From positions 4,235 through 68,234 of the forward strand of contig CAZDDH010000006.1 of the NCBI GenBank assembly GCA_964504165.1: a DNA stretch of 64,000 nucleotides. The letters are read 5' to 3'. The notes under the pieces were generated by a model. It did no database searches and was not told where the DNA came from. It was given only the letters and a program-made list of their open reading frames with translations. The stretch comes from an uncultured Rickettsiales bacterium. Lineage in GTDB: Bacteria > Myxococcota_A > UBA796 > UBA9615 > CAYRNR01. Made by a program: the position numbers and the translations under genes. Below, in pieces: positions 1-9,600 of this stretch. Numbering within the stretch: position 1 is the stretch's first letter; each line of letters opens with the position of its first letter.

Positions 1-628
1 GGGTCGAACTCCACAGGGTCAGGTTGCCCTCCAGGTCGAACTCGGCGAGGGCGGTCTGGGGCTCCAAAAAGGCGCCGTCCTGCATCTTTGATGTCAGCGA
101 GCCGGTGACCGTCGCGGCTGCCTTCGACCGGGCCGCGTCCACGTCACCGAACTCCTGGTGTACCCGGGCGGAAATGTTGTCGCGGTACTCCTCGTGCAGA
201 AGCTCCACGCCCTCGTCGGACGCGTGGTGGGCATCCAGCACCAGCGGCAGTTCCTCGTATTCCACGTCGATGAGGGCCAGCGCGGCGATGGCCGTCTTCA
301 GATCCACCGCCGCCACCGCCGCCACCTCGTCACCGATGTAGCGCACCCTATCGGTGGCCAGGATCGTCTCGTCGTAGCGCGCCGGGGAGACGCCGTATTT
401 GATCGAGCCGGCCTCCTCGGCGGTGATCACCGCCCTGACGCCAGGGAGGGCACGGGCGGCCGTCACGTCCAGATGGGTGATGCGGGCGTGGGCCACGGGG
501 CTGTGCAGGATGGCCCCGGTGAGCATCCCGGTGCGGGTCAGGTCATCCGTGTAATCGGCCTTGCCGGTGACCTTGGCCAGGGCATCGACCTTGGGGGCGC
601 GGGTGTTGAGGACGCGGAACTCACTCAT
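1..628 (-). CDS. Molybdopterin-binding large subunit of a xanthine-dehydrogenase/CO-dehydrogenase-family Mo hydroxylase. Partial: the N-terminal ~209 aa are in the window and the gene runs off the left edge.
   Basis: Reverse-strand translation from ATG (cat 626-628) gives MSEFRVLNTRAPKVDALAKVTGKADYTDDL..., a typical CoxL/XdhA N-terminus. A GGGAGG RBS lies 5 nt upstream. The start overlaps the stop of the small subunit by 8 nt. No stop before position 1. Confidence 0.8.
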   Translation of the reverse strand, partial: MSEFRVLNTRAPKVDALAKVTGKADYTDDLTRTGMLTGAILHSPVAHARITHLDVTAARALPGVRAVITAEEAGSIKYGVSPARYDETILATDRVRYIGDEVAAVAAVDLKTAIAALALIDVEYEELPLVLDAHHASDEGVELLHEEYRDNISARVHQEFGDVDAARSKAAATVTGSLTSKMQDGAFLEPQTALAEFDLEGNLTLWSST

Positions 629-1109
629 GATCGCCTCCCTGGTTCATCTGCGTGGCAGCGTCCTGCACCGCCTCGATGATCTTCTGGTACCCCGAGCAGC
701 GGCAAAGGTTGCCGGATAGATAGGTCTGCACCTCGTGGGCGGTGGGGTCCGGGTTGCGGGCCAGCAGGGCCACGGAGCTCAGCACCATGCCCGGCGTGCA
801 GTACCCGCACTGGACCGCGCCGTGTTCGACGAAGGCCGCCTGTACCGGGTGCAGTTCCCGGCCGTTTGAGACCCCCTCGATGGTGACAATTTCGTGGCCC
901 ACGGCGGCGATGGCCAGCACCAGGCAGGAGTTGACCGGAGCGCCGTCCATCAGCACCGTGCACGTGCCGCAGTCGCCGACGCCGCAGCCCTCCTTGGTCC
1001 CGGTCAGGCCGATCTCCTCGCGGAGCGCCTGGAGCAACGTTCGGTTGGTGGCCACGGCGATCTCGTGGACCTCACCGTTGACGGTCAGTTCGATGAGCTG
1101 CTTAGCCAT
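621..1109 (-). CDS. (2Fe-2S)-binding small subunit of the Mo hydroxylase (CoxS/XdhC-like)
   Basis: MAKQLIELTVNGEVHEI...CGVGDCGTCTV...CRCSGYQKI shows both classical [2Fe-2S] cysteine motifs. ATG at 1109 (the upstream part of track ORF 621..1379 is a spurious extension). Start overlaps the upstream FAD subunit by 8 nt. Confidence 0.9.
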   Translation of the reverse strand: MAKQLIELTVNGEVHEIAVATNRTLLQALREEIGLTGTKEGCGVGDCGTCTVLMDGAPVNSCLVLAIAAVGHEIVTIEGVSNGRELHPVQAAFVEHGAVQCGYCTPGMVLSSVALLARNPDPTAHEVQTYLSGNLCRCSGYQKIIEAVQDAATQMNQGGDHE

Positions 1110-2070
1110 GCTGGCCTCCTTCCACGGCCCGGAGAACCGAGGCTTCGAGGGCCCGGCGGGTGAGTACCTCGATGACCTCCCGGCGGTAGGCCGCCGTGCC
1201 CCGGTGATCATCGATGGGGGTCGCGTCCTGCTGTCCGGCGGTCCTGGCTGCCGCGGCGAGGGTGCCGGTGTCGGCCGTCTTGCCGACGAGCGCGGCCTCG
1301 GCGGCGGTGGCCCGGATGGGGGTCGGGCCCACCGCACCCAGCGCGATGCGGGCCTCGGCGATCGTCCCGCCCGGCCCATCCAGGGTCACGCTGGCGGCGG
1401 CGGCGGCGATGGAGATCTCCAGCGCCTCGCGGTTGCCCATCTTGCGGTAGGCGCTGCCCTGATACGGGCGGGGTGCGGGGAGGAGGATGGCCCCGAGCAG
1501 CTCTTCCGGTGTGAGCATCGAGGAGCCGGGAGCGGTCATGAACTGGTCCGCCGGGATCTCACGGGAGCCGCCGGCGCTGACCGCGGCCAGGCTCGCCCCG
1601 AGCACGATGGCCGGCGGCGCCGTGTCGGCGGCCGGCCGAGCGTTGCACAGGTTGCCGCCCACCGTCGCGCGGTTCCTGATCGTGGTGGCGCCGATGGAAA
1701 ACGCCCCCTCCGAGAGCGCCGCGTTGTGTTCGCAGATCACCGGGTGGTCCGCTAGATCGGTCAAGGTCGTCATGGGCCCCACCCGGATCCGTCCGTCATC
1801 GAGTTCGGTGACACCACTCAGTTCCGCGACGCGACCCAGCGAGATCAGCACCCCGGGGGCCTCTGTCCCAGCCAGGGGATGTCCCTTGCCGGGGAACGCC
1901 TCGCCGTTGCGGGGGGTTGGGTGCACGTCGTACAGCGTGCGTTTCTTCATGTTCACCAGCAGGTCGGTGCCGGCCGCCAGCAGGCGCGCAGCTCGACCGT
2001 GGGCGGCCAGCATCTCGCAGGCCTCCTCGACGCTGGTGGGTTCCAGGAGTTTGAAATCGGGAAGGATCAC
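1102..2070 (-). CDS. FAD-binding medium subunit of the Mo hydroxylase (CoxM/XdhB-like)
   Basis: MILPDFKLLEPTSVEEACEML...AGGTDLL... is an FAD-binding PCMH-type fold typical of CoxM. GTG start at 2070 overlaps the TetR stop (GTGA). Confidence 0.88.
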   Translation of the reverse strand: MILPDFKLLEPTSVEEACEMLAAHGRAARLLAAGTDLLVNMKKRTLYDVHPTPRNGEAFPGKGHPLAGTEAPGVLISLGRVAELSGVTELDDGRIRVGPMTTLTDLADHPVICEHNAALSEGAFSIGATTIRNRATVGGNLCNARPAADTAPPAIVLGASLAAVSAGGSREIPADQFMTAPGSSMLTPEELLGAILLPAPRPYQGSAYRKMGNREALEISIAAAAASVTLDGPGGTIAEARIALGAVGPTPIRATAAEAALVGKTADTGTLAAAARTAGQQDATPIDDHRGTAAYRREVIEVLTRRALEASVLRAVEGGQHG

Positions 2071-2738
2071 GGTTTTTCTCCCGCGCCGGCCCCGCTGGAC
2101 GAGGAAGGCGAAGAGGGTGACAGCGTCGCGCCGCCGGCGTTGCCGTGGCTGCGCATTCCGCTGAGGAGCAGGTCGAAGGTTCGTTCGGCAAAGGGGACCA
2201 CATCCGCCTCACCGGGGGCGTGGTCGTACGGGGGGGTGAAGCGCTCGAAGAGCTGGGCCAGGAAAGCGCCCGTTCCATCCGGGTCGGCTACCGCCAGGTC
2301 ACCGATGTCGTTCCCCTGCTTGATCAGACTCGCCGCCAGCTCCCCCTGCCGGCGCACGTAGCTCTCCACCCGCCGGACGATCTCCGGCTTGAACGACCGG
2401 AAGAACTCGTCGCCGTGGGGGTACTTGTGGGCCAACTCGGCGATGGCGTGGACCCGGTGGAGCATCAGGTCGTGCAGCCGGTCCACCGGTGGTCGTTCTT
2501 CGGCGGCGATGGCCTGCAGCTGGTCGAGGATACGGCGGTTGGTCTCCTCGGTGAGGGCCAGCATGATGTCGGCCTTGGAGCGGAAGTACAGGTAGGCCGT
2601 TCCTTTGCCGATACCTGCGTCTGCGGCGATCTCCCCCATGGTCGTCTTGGCGAATCCGTACTGGCGGATGCGGTTCCATGCCGCCCGCAAGATGCGCTCT
2701 CGTTTGGCGGGATCCGCTGCGGTTCGGTTCGTGCTCAT
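2067..2738 (-). CDS. TetR/AcrR-family transcriptional regulator, first gene of the Mo-hydroxylase operon
   Basis: N-terminal HTH ...GFAKTTMGEIAADAGIGKGTAYLYFRSK... with a TetR-like C-terminal ligand domain. ATG at 2738 (cat 2736-2738); an in-frame TTG at 2762 is an alternative start. Stop overlaps the coxM-like start. Confidence 0.8.
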   Translation of the reverse strand: MSTNRTAADPAKRERILRAAWNRIRQYGFAKTTMGEIAADAGIGKGTAYLYFRSKADIMLALTEETNRRILDQLQAIAAEERPPVDRLHDLMLHRVHAIAELAHKYPHGDEFFRSFKPEIVRRVESYVRRQGELAASLIKQGNDIGDLAVADPDGTGAFLAQLFERFTPPYDHAPGEADVVPFAERTFDLLLSGMRSHGNAGGATLSPSSPSSSSGAGAGEKP

Positions 2739-2754
2739 CCGGCTCACTGGATAA

Positions 2755-2779
2755 CTGACCAAAAATGTTTTCTGGTCAG
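2755..2779. promoter_or_regulatory. Inverted repeat CTGACCA-N11-TGGTCAG (candidate TetR operator) directly upstream of the TetR gene
   Basis: CTGACCAAAAATGTTTTCTGGTCAG: perfect 7-bp arms around an AT-rich 11-nt core. It sits 17 nt upstream of the ATG at 2738 on the coding strand. Confidence 0.4.
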
Positions 2780-2864
2780 TGAGGCATTTTGCTCGCGGGA
2801 TCGCTCGCGTGTCAAACGAATTACAAAGATAGGGGGCGGGCGCGCGTGCGAGGAGGGAAGGGGG

Positions 2865-3083
2865 TCAGCCGCCGAACGCCGGGAGGATCAACTCCACCCG
2901 ATCCCCCTGGCCCAGGGAAACGTCGGCCAGTTCTGCGGCGGGAACGTACACGCCGTTGTGCTCGACCATCACCACCTTGGCGGGTTCACCGCGGGCGGCG
3001 AGCAGTTCGGCGAGGGTCATACCTGCCCCCACCTCCTCGGGGAAACCGTCCACGGTGATCTGGATGTTGCCTGAGTCGGTCAC
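2865..3083 (-). CDS. ThiS/MoaD-family sulfur-carrier protein (72 aa, C-terminal GG)
   Basis: MTDSGNIQITVDG...GDRVELILPAFGG is a ubiquitin-like β-grasp carrier with a terminal Gly-Gly. GTG start at 3083. Confidence 0.6.
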   Translation of the reverse strand: MTDSGNIQITVDGFPEEVGAGMTLAELLAARGEPAKVVMVEHNGVYVPAAELADVSLGQGDRVELILPAFGG

Positions 3084-3292
3084 GTAACCAGTCTAGTCAT
3101 CAATCTGAGGCCCGGCACAAAAAAAACCGAACCGTTGGAAATAGAAGGGGCACCTAACCAGTAGAGACAGTTACATGCTCACCTTGTCGGCCTTCCGCGT
3201 GAGATTGGGTTTGGCGTCAAGGTATCGAGGTAGCCACGAGAACCGGACAGGACGGCAACAGGGTCCAAGGGGTATGTCTGTGTCCGGGCCGT

Positions 3293-3345
3293 GAAGATGA
3301 GTTCATCTTCTTGAATATGAATTCATCTTCAGCTACTCTGAGTAG
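3293..3345. promoter_or_regulatory. Tandem palindromic operator candidates with an overlapping sigma70-like promoter, upstream of the TetR-efflux operon
   Basis: Site 1 at 3293-3310 is GAAGATGA-GT-TCATCTTC, a perfect 8-bp inverted repeat. Site 2 at 3313-3330 is GAATATGA-AT-TCATCTTC, with one mismatch. Site 3 at 3333-3345 is CTACTC-T-GAGTAG. A possible promoter is TTGAAT (3311-3316) – 17 nt – TACTCT (3334-3339). All lie 60-115 nt upstream of the TetR ATG at 3408. Confidence 0.45.
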
Positions 3346-3407
3346 GCTCGAGGGGGCCGGCTGGACGTCCGGTGGGGTTCGCCACAAATCCAAACGGAGG
3401 GTGTGTC

Positions 3408-4058
3408 ATGCCGGATGACCGGCCCGATATTCGGTTGAGCCGCAAGGAAAGGGAACGGGAACGAACCCGCCGGGATATCCTGGACGCTGCGCTGCAGGTC
3501 TTCGGGCAGGCGGGGTACCACCAGGCGTGCATGGAGGACGTGGCGCGGGAGGCCGGGTTCTCCACCGGAGCGCTGTACAACTACTTCCGCAACAAAGAAG
3601 ACATCTTCGTATCCCTGGTTCGCAGGGTGTTCGGCGAACTGGAGAGCCAGTTCACCAGCGCTCTGGAGAAGCCGGGGTCGTTCCACGACGGCCTCCAGCA
3701 ATTCCTCGACACCGTCGCCGAGTTCTCCGAGCACAACATCGTCGCGTTCCGCTTCATGATGGCCGCCGAGGCCCAGCCACCGGTGGCCAGCGAACAGCTC
3801 CACAAGGACATGATCGGTGGATTCTTCCGCATGATCGATGCGCTCTCGGGCCTGATGGAGCGGGGCATCGACGAGGGCGCCCTGCGGGAGCAGGACCCCA
3901 ACATCGCCGCCCACGCGATGATGGCGTTGCTCGGCCACTTCCTCCGCGGCTGGGTCATGTCCCAGGCGGAGGATCCACCCCGCCCGGTGCAAGAGTTCAT
4001 GGAGATGGTCCGGACGCACTTCCTGTACGGCGCCGCCGTACCCATAGAGGACAAGTGA
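3408..4058 (+). CDS. TetR/AcrR-family repressor of the adjacent efflux operon
   Basis: Has the TetR_N HTH motif (RRDILDAALQVFGQAGYHQACMEDVAREAGFSTGALYNYFRNKEDIF). ATG at 3408 is preceded by a GGAGG RBS (3396-3400). Stop overlaps the TolC start (ATGA). Confidence 0.85.
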   Translation: MPDDRPDIRLSRKERERERTRRDILDAALQVFGQAGYHQACMEDVAREAGFSTGALYNYFRNKEDIFVSLVRRVFGELESQFTSALEKPGSFHDGLQQFLDTVAEFSEHNIVAFRFMMAAEAQPPVASEQLHKDMIGGFFRMIDALSGLMERGIDEGALREQDPNIAAHAMMALLGHFLRGWVMSQAEDPPRPVQEFMEMVRTHFLYGAAVPIEDK

Positions 4059-5512
4059 TGCTACCGATACGTAAGCCCAGTTTGTGGGTCGCTCTGTTGC
4101 TGGCGGTGTTGGCCGCCGGCACCGCCAACGCCCGCACCCTGACCGCCCAGGACGCTGTCGTCCTGGCCCTGGACCACAGCTTGTTGCTGGACGCCGCCGA
4201 ATACGGCGAGGCCCAGGCCAAGGCCCAGGCGGACGAGGCGTTGATGCAGTTCTTCCCCAAGATCACGGGGACGGCCGGCTACACGCGCCTGGATCCGGTC
4301 CCTTACATGGAGTTCGATACCAGCGATTTCATGACCGACATGGAGCCGGACTTCAGCGATATCGATCCGGATACGTTACCGCCGGGCTGGACCATCGAGT
4401 TCCTGGAGATGTTCGCCGAGGGCATGATGGGCGGCACCTCGGACGAACCCACCGAACCGACCCGCATCGACATGGGCATGGCCAACAACTGGCAGCTGGC
4501 GGGGCAGGCCGAGCAGATCATCTTTGCCGGTGGCGCCCTGCACCAGTCCCGGGCGGCGAGCATGGACATGTGGCGGGCCAGCGGGGAGCAGGTGCGGTTC
4601 ACCCGGCACGATACGGCGTTCCAGGCGGAGCAGAGCTTCTACGGGCTGGTGGCCGCCCGCAACGCGGTGCGGGTCACGGCGGATGCTCAGGCGCTGACCC
4701 AGGCCTATGTGGACGATCTGCAGAACCTGGTGGACGTGGGCATGGCCAGCCGGGCCGATCTGCTGGCAGCCCAGGTGCAGCTGAGCCAGGCCAAGCTGGA
4801 TGCCATGAAGATGGCCCACATGACCGGCCTGGCCGAGCGTTCCTTCCGCATCATGTTGGGTATCCCCATGGGTGAGCGGCTGGAGCTGGTGATGGATGAC
4901 CAGCTGCCGGTGAACGATCTGCCGGCCGAACGGAATGCCATCGTCGAAATGGCGCTGCGCAACCGCCCGGATCTGGCCAGCATGGATTACACCCTGGACG
5001 CCATGAAGCACTACTCCAACGCGGCCTGGGCGTCGTGGCTCCCCGCGGTGGTGCTGCTGGGCAACCTCAACGCCCAGAACCCCAACTACTCCAACGAAGC
5101 GGAGTGGATGTACAGCGCCAACGCCACCGTGGCGCTGAGCTGGTCCCTGTGGGATCGGGGCGCGGCGATCCACCAGAACCGGGCCGCCAAGGCCGGCTAC
5201 CGGCAGCTGGAGAGCCAGCGGGCCTTCATGGTGGAGATGATGGACGTGGAGCTGGAGTCGGCCATCACCTCCTTCGACGAGGCCGCCGCCGAGCTAGCGG
5301 TGGCTCGCGAGGGCCTCGGCCAGGCCCAGGAGAGCATGCGGCTCGAACAGGAACGGTTCGAGGCAGGCGTGGCCAACAACACCCAGCTGTTGACGGCCCA
5401 GACGGCCATGGCCGGCTCGGAGCTGTCGGTCCTACAGGCCGAAACCCAGATGCGAATTTCATACGCGGCGCTCAGAAAAGCCGTGGGGATGGAACCGGAG
5501 GTCGGACGATGA
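4058..5512 (+). CDS. TolC-family outer-membrane efflux protein (OMF)
   Basis: 484 aa with signal peptide MLPIRKPSLWVALLLAVLAAGTANA and two repeated coiled-coil/β-barrel halves typical of OMF proteins. ATG at 4058. Track ORF 3527.. is a spurious 5' extension in the same frame. Confidence 0.82.
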   Translation: MLPIRKPSLWVALLLAVLAAGTANARTLTAQDAVVLALDHSLLLDAAEYGEAQAKAQADEALMQFFPKITGTAGYTRLDPVPYMEFDTSDFMTDMEPDFSDIDPDTLPPGWTIEFLEMFAEGMMGGTSDEPTEPTRIDMGMANNWQLAGQAEQIIFAGGALHQSRAASMDMWRASGEQVRFTRHDTAFQAEQSFYGLVAARNAVRVTADAQALTQAYVDDLQNLVDVGMASRADLLAAQVQLSQAKLDAMKMAHMTGLAERSFRIMLGIPMGERLELVMDDQLPVNDLPAERNAIVEMALRNRPDLASMDYTLDAMKHYSNAAWASWLPAVVLLGNLNAQNPNYSNEAEWMYSANATVALSWSLWDRGAAIHQNRAAKAGYRQLESQRAFMVEMMDVELESAITSFDEAAAELAVAREGLGQAQESMRLEQERFEAGVANNTQLLTAQTAMAGSELSVLQAETQMRISYAALRKAVGMEPEVGR

Positions 5513-6645
5513 ATCACACCCTGAGGAACGGTCTTGCCCTGGCGGGAGTTTCGTTATTGGCCCTGGCCCTGGCGGGATGCCAGGCGATGGGGTTCTCCAG
5601 CACGGAGGTCCAGGAGGTGGGCGCGCTGGTGTCCGTCGAGGACGTGCACAGCGGCTACCTGGAGCGCACGCTCGAACTCACCGGATCCGTGGACGCCGGC
5701 CAGTCGATCCGGATGGTCCCGGACATGCCCGGCAAGGTGAAGCGGCTGCCTGTGAAGGTGGGTGATCGGGTCCCCAAGGGCACCCTGCTGGCCCAGCTGG
5801 ACCTGGACATGGCCCAGCTCCAAAAGGAGCAGGCCGAGGCGGCGGTGAAGCTCGCCGAGCTCCAGCTGGAGAGCGCCACCACCGAGTTCGGCCGCGCCGA
5901 GCAGCTCCACCAGAGCGGCTCCTTGACCGGCCAGCAGTTCGACCAGGCCCGCACCGGCCTGAGCATGGCCGAGCAGCAGCTGGCCCAGGCCTCGGCCGCA
6001 CGCGGCCTCGCCTCCGAGCAGATCAGCGGCGGCGCCCTGTACGCCCCGTTCGACGGCGTGGTGACCCAGGTGGGTTGCGAGCAGGGGGAGTACTTCAATC
6101 CCATGGGGATGTCCGCCACCGGTGGGGCAGCCGTGCTGGTGTCGCTGGTGAACCTGGATACGATCCGCGTCGATCTCCAGGTGGCCGACTCGGACATCGG
6201 CCGCATCCGCGACGGCATGTCCGTGCGGATCTGGGTGGACGTGGTTTCCGACCAGCTCTCCGAGGAGGGCATCGAGGGTACGGTCACCAATATCGGCCTG
6301 GCCGCCGATCCGGCCACCCGCACCTTCCCCGTGCGGGTGGAAGCGACCAACCCCGAGCAGATCGTCCGCGCTGGCATGCACGCCCGGGTGGGACTGGTGC
6401 TGGAGCGCAAGGAGGGCGTGCTGTACGTGCCCGCCGATGCGCTGCGCAATGACGGCAGCGGGGACTACGTGATGGTGGCGGGCACGGCGGAAAAGGGCTC
6501 GGTGGCTCGCAAGACCGATGTGACGATCGCTCTCAAGGGCGACCAAGGGGTGGAGATCGTCTCCGGTCTCGAGGGAGGCGAGAAGGTGGTCGTGGAGGGG
6601 AACTTCGGGCTTCCGGATGGAGCCCTCATCGAGGTGTCCCAGTGA
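5509..6645 (+). CDS. RND efflux periplasmic adaptor (membrane fusion protein, HlyD/AcrA family)
   Basis: Lipobox LALAGCQ followed by a coiled-coil hairpin (AQLQKEQAEAAVKLAELQLESA...) and β-barrel/MPD domains. ATG at 5509 overlaps the TolC stop (ATGA). Confidence 0.88.
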   Translation: MNHTLRNGLALAGVSLLALALAGCQAMGFSSTEVQEVGALVSVEDVHSGYLERTLELTGSVDAGQSIRMVPDMPGKVKRLPVKVGDRVPKGTLLAQLDLDMAQLQKEQAEAAVKLAELQLESATTEFGRAEQLHQSGSLTGQQFDQARTGLSMAEQQLAQASAARGLASEQISGGALYAPFDGVVTQVGCEQGEYFNPMGMSATGGAAVLVSLVNLDTIRVDLQVADSDIGRIRDGMSVRIWVDVVSDQLSEEGIEGTVTNIGLAADPATRTFPVRVEATNPEQIVRAGMHARVGLVLERKEGVLYVPADALRNDGSGDYVMVAGTAEKGSVARKTDVTIALKGDQGVEIVSGLEGGEKVVVEGNFGLPDGALIEVSQ

Positions 6646-9600
6646 GTATCACCGACGTCTCCGTCGATCGGCCGGTCACCATCACCATGCTGGTGATGAT
6701 CGTGGTGGTCATCGGCGTGATCTCGTTCACCAAGCTCGGCGTCGACCTGATGCCGGACGTGGACTACCCCACCTTGACGGTGATGGTCCGCTACCCGGGG
6801 GCCCAATCCGAGGAGCTGGAAGCCATCGTCGCCAAGCCGTACGAGGGGGCCATTGCCGCCGTCAACGGCGTCAAGAAGATCAAGACCGTCTCCCAGGAGG
6901 ACGTGACCTTCATCCTCATCGACTTCGTCTGGGGCACGGATCTGGACGCTGCCGCCGCCGATATCCGCGAGCAGGTGGCCTGGATCGAGCCTTACCTGCC
7001 CGAGGACGTGGAGTCCCCCATCGTCATCAAGTTCTCCCTGGCTTCCATGCCGCAGGCCTTTTACCTGGTCAACGGCATGGAGGACACGGTGGTCCTCAAG
7101 AAGATGATGGAGGACACGGTGCAGGCCCGCCTGGAGCGCCTCGACGGCGTGGCCCAGGCCGCGTTCTTCGGCGGCCGTACGCGGGAGGTCCAGGTCAACC
7201 TGGACCGCAGCTCGATGCTGGGCTCCGGCGTCGGTTCGGACCAGGTGCTGATGGCCCTGGCCTACCAGAACATGAATATGCCCGCCGGCCGGCTGATCGT
7301 GGACCGGGAGGAGCTGCTGCTGCGTACGGTGGGGGTCTACGACAACCTCCAGGACATCCGTAACACCACCGTGGGCATGTCCAGGACCTCCGGCGCGCCG
7401 GTGAAGCTGGCCACCATCGCCGACGTGGAGTGGGGCACCAAGGACGTGCGCAACAAGGTGCGCAGCGGCCCCTTCGAGTCGGTGATGTTCATGGTGCAAA
7501 AGGAGTCGGGGGCCAACCCGCTGCAGACGCGCCGCGAGTACCTCGCCGAGCTGGAAGACGTCAAGAAGCTGTTGCCCAAAGAGATCGAGTTCGGGCTGCT
7601 GTTCGACATCGGCAAGATCATCGCCCAGCTGGGCAAATCGGTGGTCCAAAACGGCATCGTCGGCGCCATGCTGGCGGTGATCATCATGTACCTGTTCCTG
7701 CGCAACATCCGGCCGACGGCCACCATCGCGGTGGTGATCCCGCTGAGCCTGCTGGCCACCTTCATCCCGATCTACATCTCCGGCGACACGCTGAACATGA
7801 TGACGATGGGAGGGCTGGTGCTGGGCATCGGCATGCTTGTGGACAACGCGGTGGTGGTGATCGAGAACATCTACCGGCACATCGAGCTTGGGGAGGGGCG
7901 GCGTAAGGCCGCCAAGCTCGGCGCCCGCGAGGTGGGCATGGCGATCATCGCCTCCACACTGACGACGGTTGTGGTGTTCCTGCCCATCGTCATCGGCGGT
8001 GGGCTCGCGGCCCGGCTGGCCCAGGGCCTGGCGCTGACCGTCGCGGCGGCACTGTTCTGCTCGTTGTTCGTGGCGCTGACCATCGTGCCCATGCTGGCGT
8101 CGGTGTTCTTCTCCAACAAGGGCAGCAAGGACTCCCTGACGGGTGGCCGGCTGTTCGCCCGTTTCAAGGGGCTGTACCGGCGGCTGCTGACCTGGTGCGT
8201 CGGGCACCGGATCATCACCGTGGCCGCCGTGACGGCGTTATTCCTCTTCACGTGCGTGCTGCCGGCGACGCCGCGCATCGGCGCGGAGTTCATGCCCGCC
8301 TCCGAGGATCCGTTCCTGATGGCCAAGATATCCATGCCGGTGGGGACGGCGCTGGAGGAGACCGAGGCCGCCGCCATCCGCGTCGAGAACGTCATTTCCC
8401 AGTATCCCGACGTGCTCACCATCGGATCGATGATGGGCGTGGACGAGAACGACCCCGGCGCCGGCATGCAGGAGAGCAACCCCACCGGCCCCCACGAGGC
8501 GGTGGTGTTCGTCCGCCTCAAGGACAAGAAAGACCGGGTCACCGCCGGCAACGACGAGCTCAAGACCTCCATCCGCGAGAACCTGCCCGTTGTGCAGAAC
8601 ATGCGCGTGGAGTTCGTCGACATGGGCGGCGGCTTCGGGGGCAGCACGTCCCCCATCGACATCAAACTCTACGGCAAGGACCTGGACGTCTTGCGGGACT
8701 GGGCCGAACGCGTCGCGGAGTCCATCGAAGACGTGCCGGGCATCGTCGACGTGGACACCTCGTTGCGGGCCGCCAAGCCCGAGAGCCATATCCTCATCGA
8801 TCGCGCCAAGGCGGCCAACTACGGCCTGACGGTGGGGCAGGTGGCCCAGGCCATCAAGACGGCCACCCTGGGCGCCGTGGCGACCCGGTATCGAGAAGGG
8901 GGCGACGAGTTCGACGTGCGGGTGCGCTACAACGACTCCTACCGGGACTCCAAGGCAGCCTTGCGCCAGATCCTTGTACCGTTGCCGATGGGGGGGACGA
9001 TCCCGCTCAGCCAGGTGGCCGTACTGGAGGACGGGGAGGGGCCGGTGCAGATCACCCGGGAGAATCAGACCCGCCGCGTGTCCATCACCGCCAACCTCGA
9101 GAACACCAACCTCGGCGCCGCGATGGGGGAGGTGACCAAGCGGGTCGATCCCATCAAGAAGCAGCTGCCGGTGGGCTACATGCTGGAGTTCGGCGGCGAA
9201 TACGAGGACATGATGACCACCTTCGGCCAGCTGCTCATGGGCCTGGCCCTGGCTGTCTTGTTGGTCTACATGGTGATGGCGGCCCAGTTCGAGAGCTTCT
9301 CCCACCCCTTCACTATCATGTTCACCATGCCGCTGGCCCTCATCGGAGTGATCTGGATCTTCTTCCTGACCGGGACCAACCTCTCGGTGACCTCGTTCAT
9401 CGGGGTGATCATGCTGGCGGGCATCGTGGTGAACAACGGCATCGTGATGATCGATTACGTCAACCAGCTGCGCAAGCAGGGCCTGTCGCTCCATGAAGCG
9501 GCCATCGAGGGCGCGACCACCCGCCTGCGGCCGGTGATGATCACCTCGCTGACGACCATGATGGCGATGGTGCCGATGGCCTTCTTCAAGACCGAGGGCA

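Noticed and set aside
3527-5512. Track ORF 3527..5512 (661 aa) and similar 5'-extended ORFs (5035..6645, 17905..19668, 41190..42632, 24377..25834, 54558..56273, 42583..43377).
   Set aside because: The upstream parts are out-of-context read-through in the frame of the real gene and overlap the preceding gene. Biologically sensible starts with RBS, signal peptides or conserved N-termini were chosen instead: 4058, 5509, 18049, 42389, 24506, 54672, 42667.
5554-6546. Long antisense ORFs opposite real genes: 5554..6546(-), 6465..8207(-), 8238..9800(-), 13248..14555(-), 16367..18601(-), 18061..19719(-), 31615..33273(+), 37814..39460(-), 41134..42177(-), 11272..12153(-).
   Set aside because: High-GC DNA produces long stop-free antisense frames. 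Their translations are Arg/Gly/Pro/His-rich low-complexity with no recognisable domains, and each is fully overlapped by a gene with clear family motifs on the other strand.
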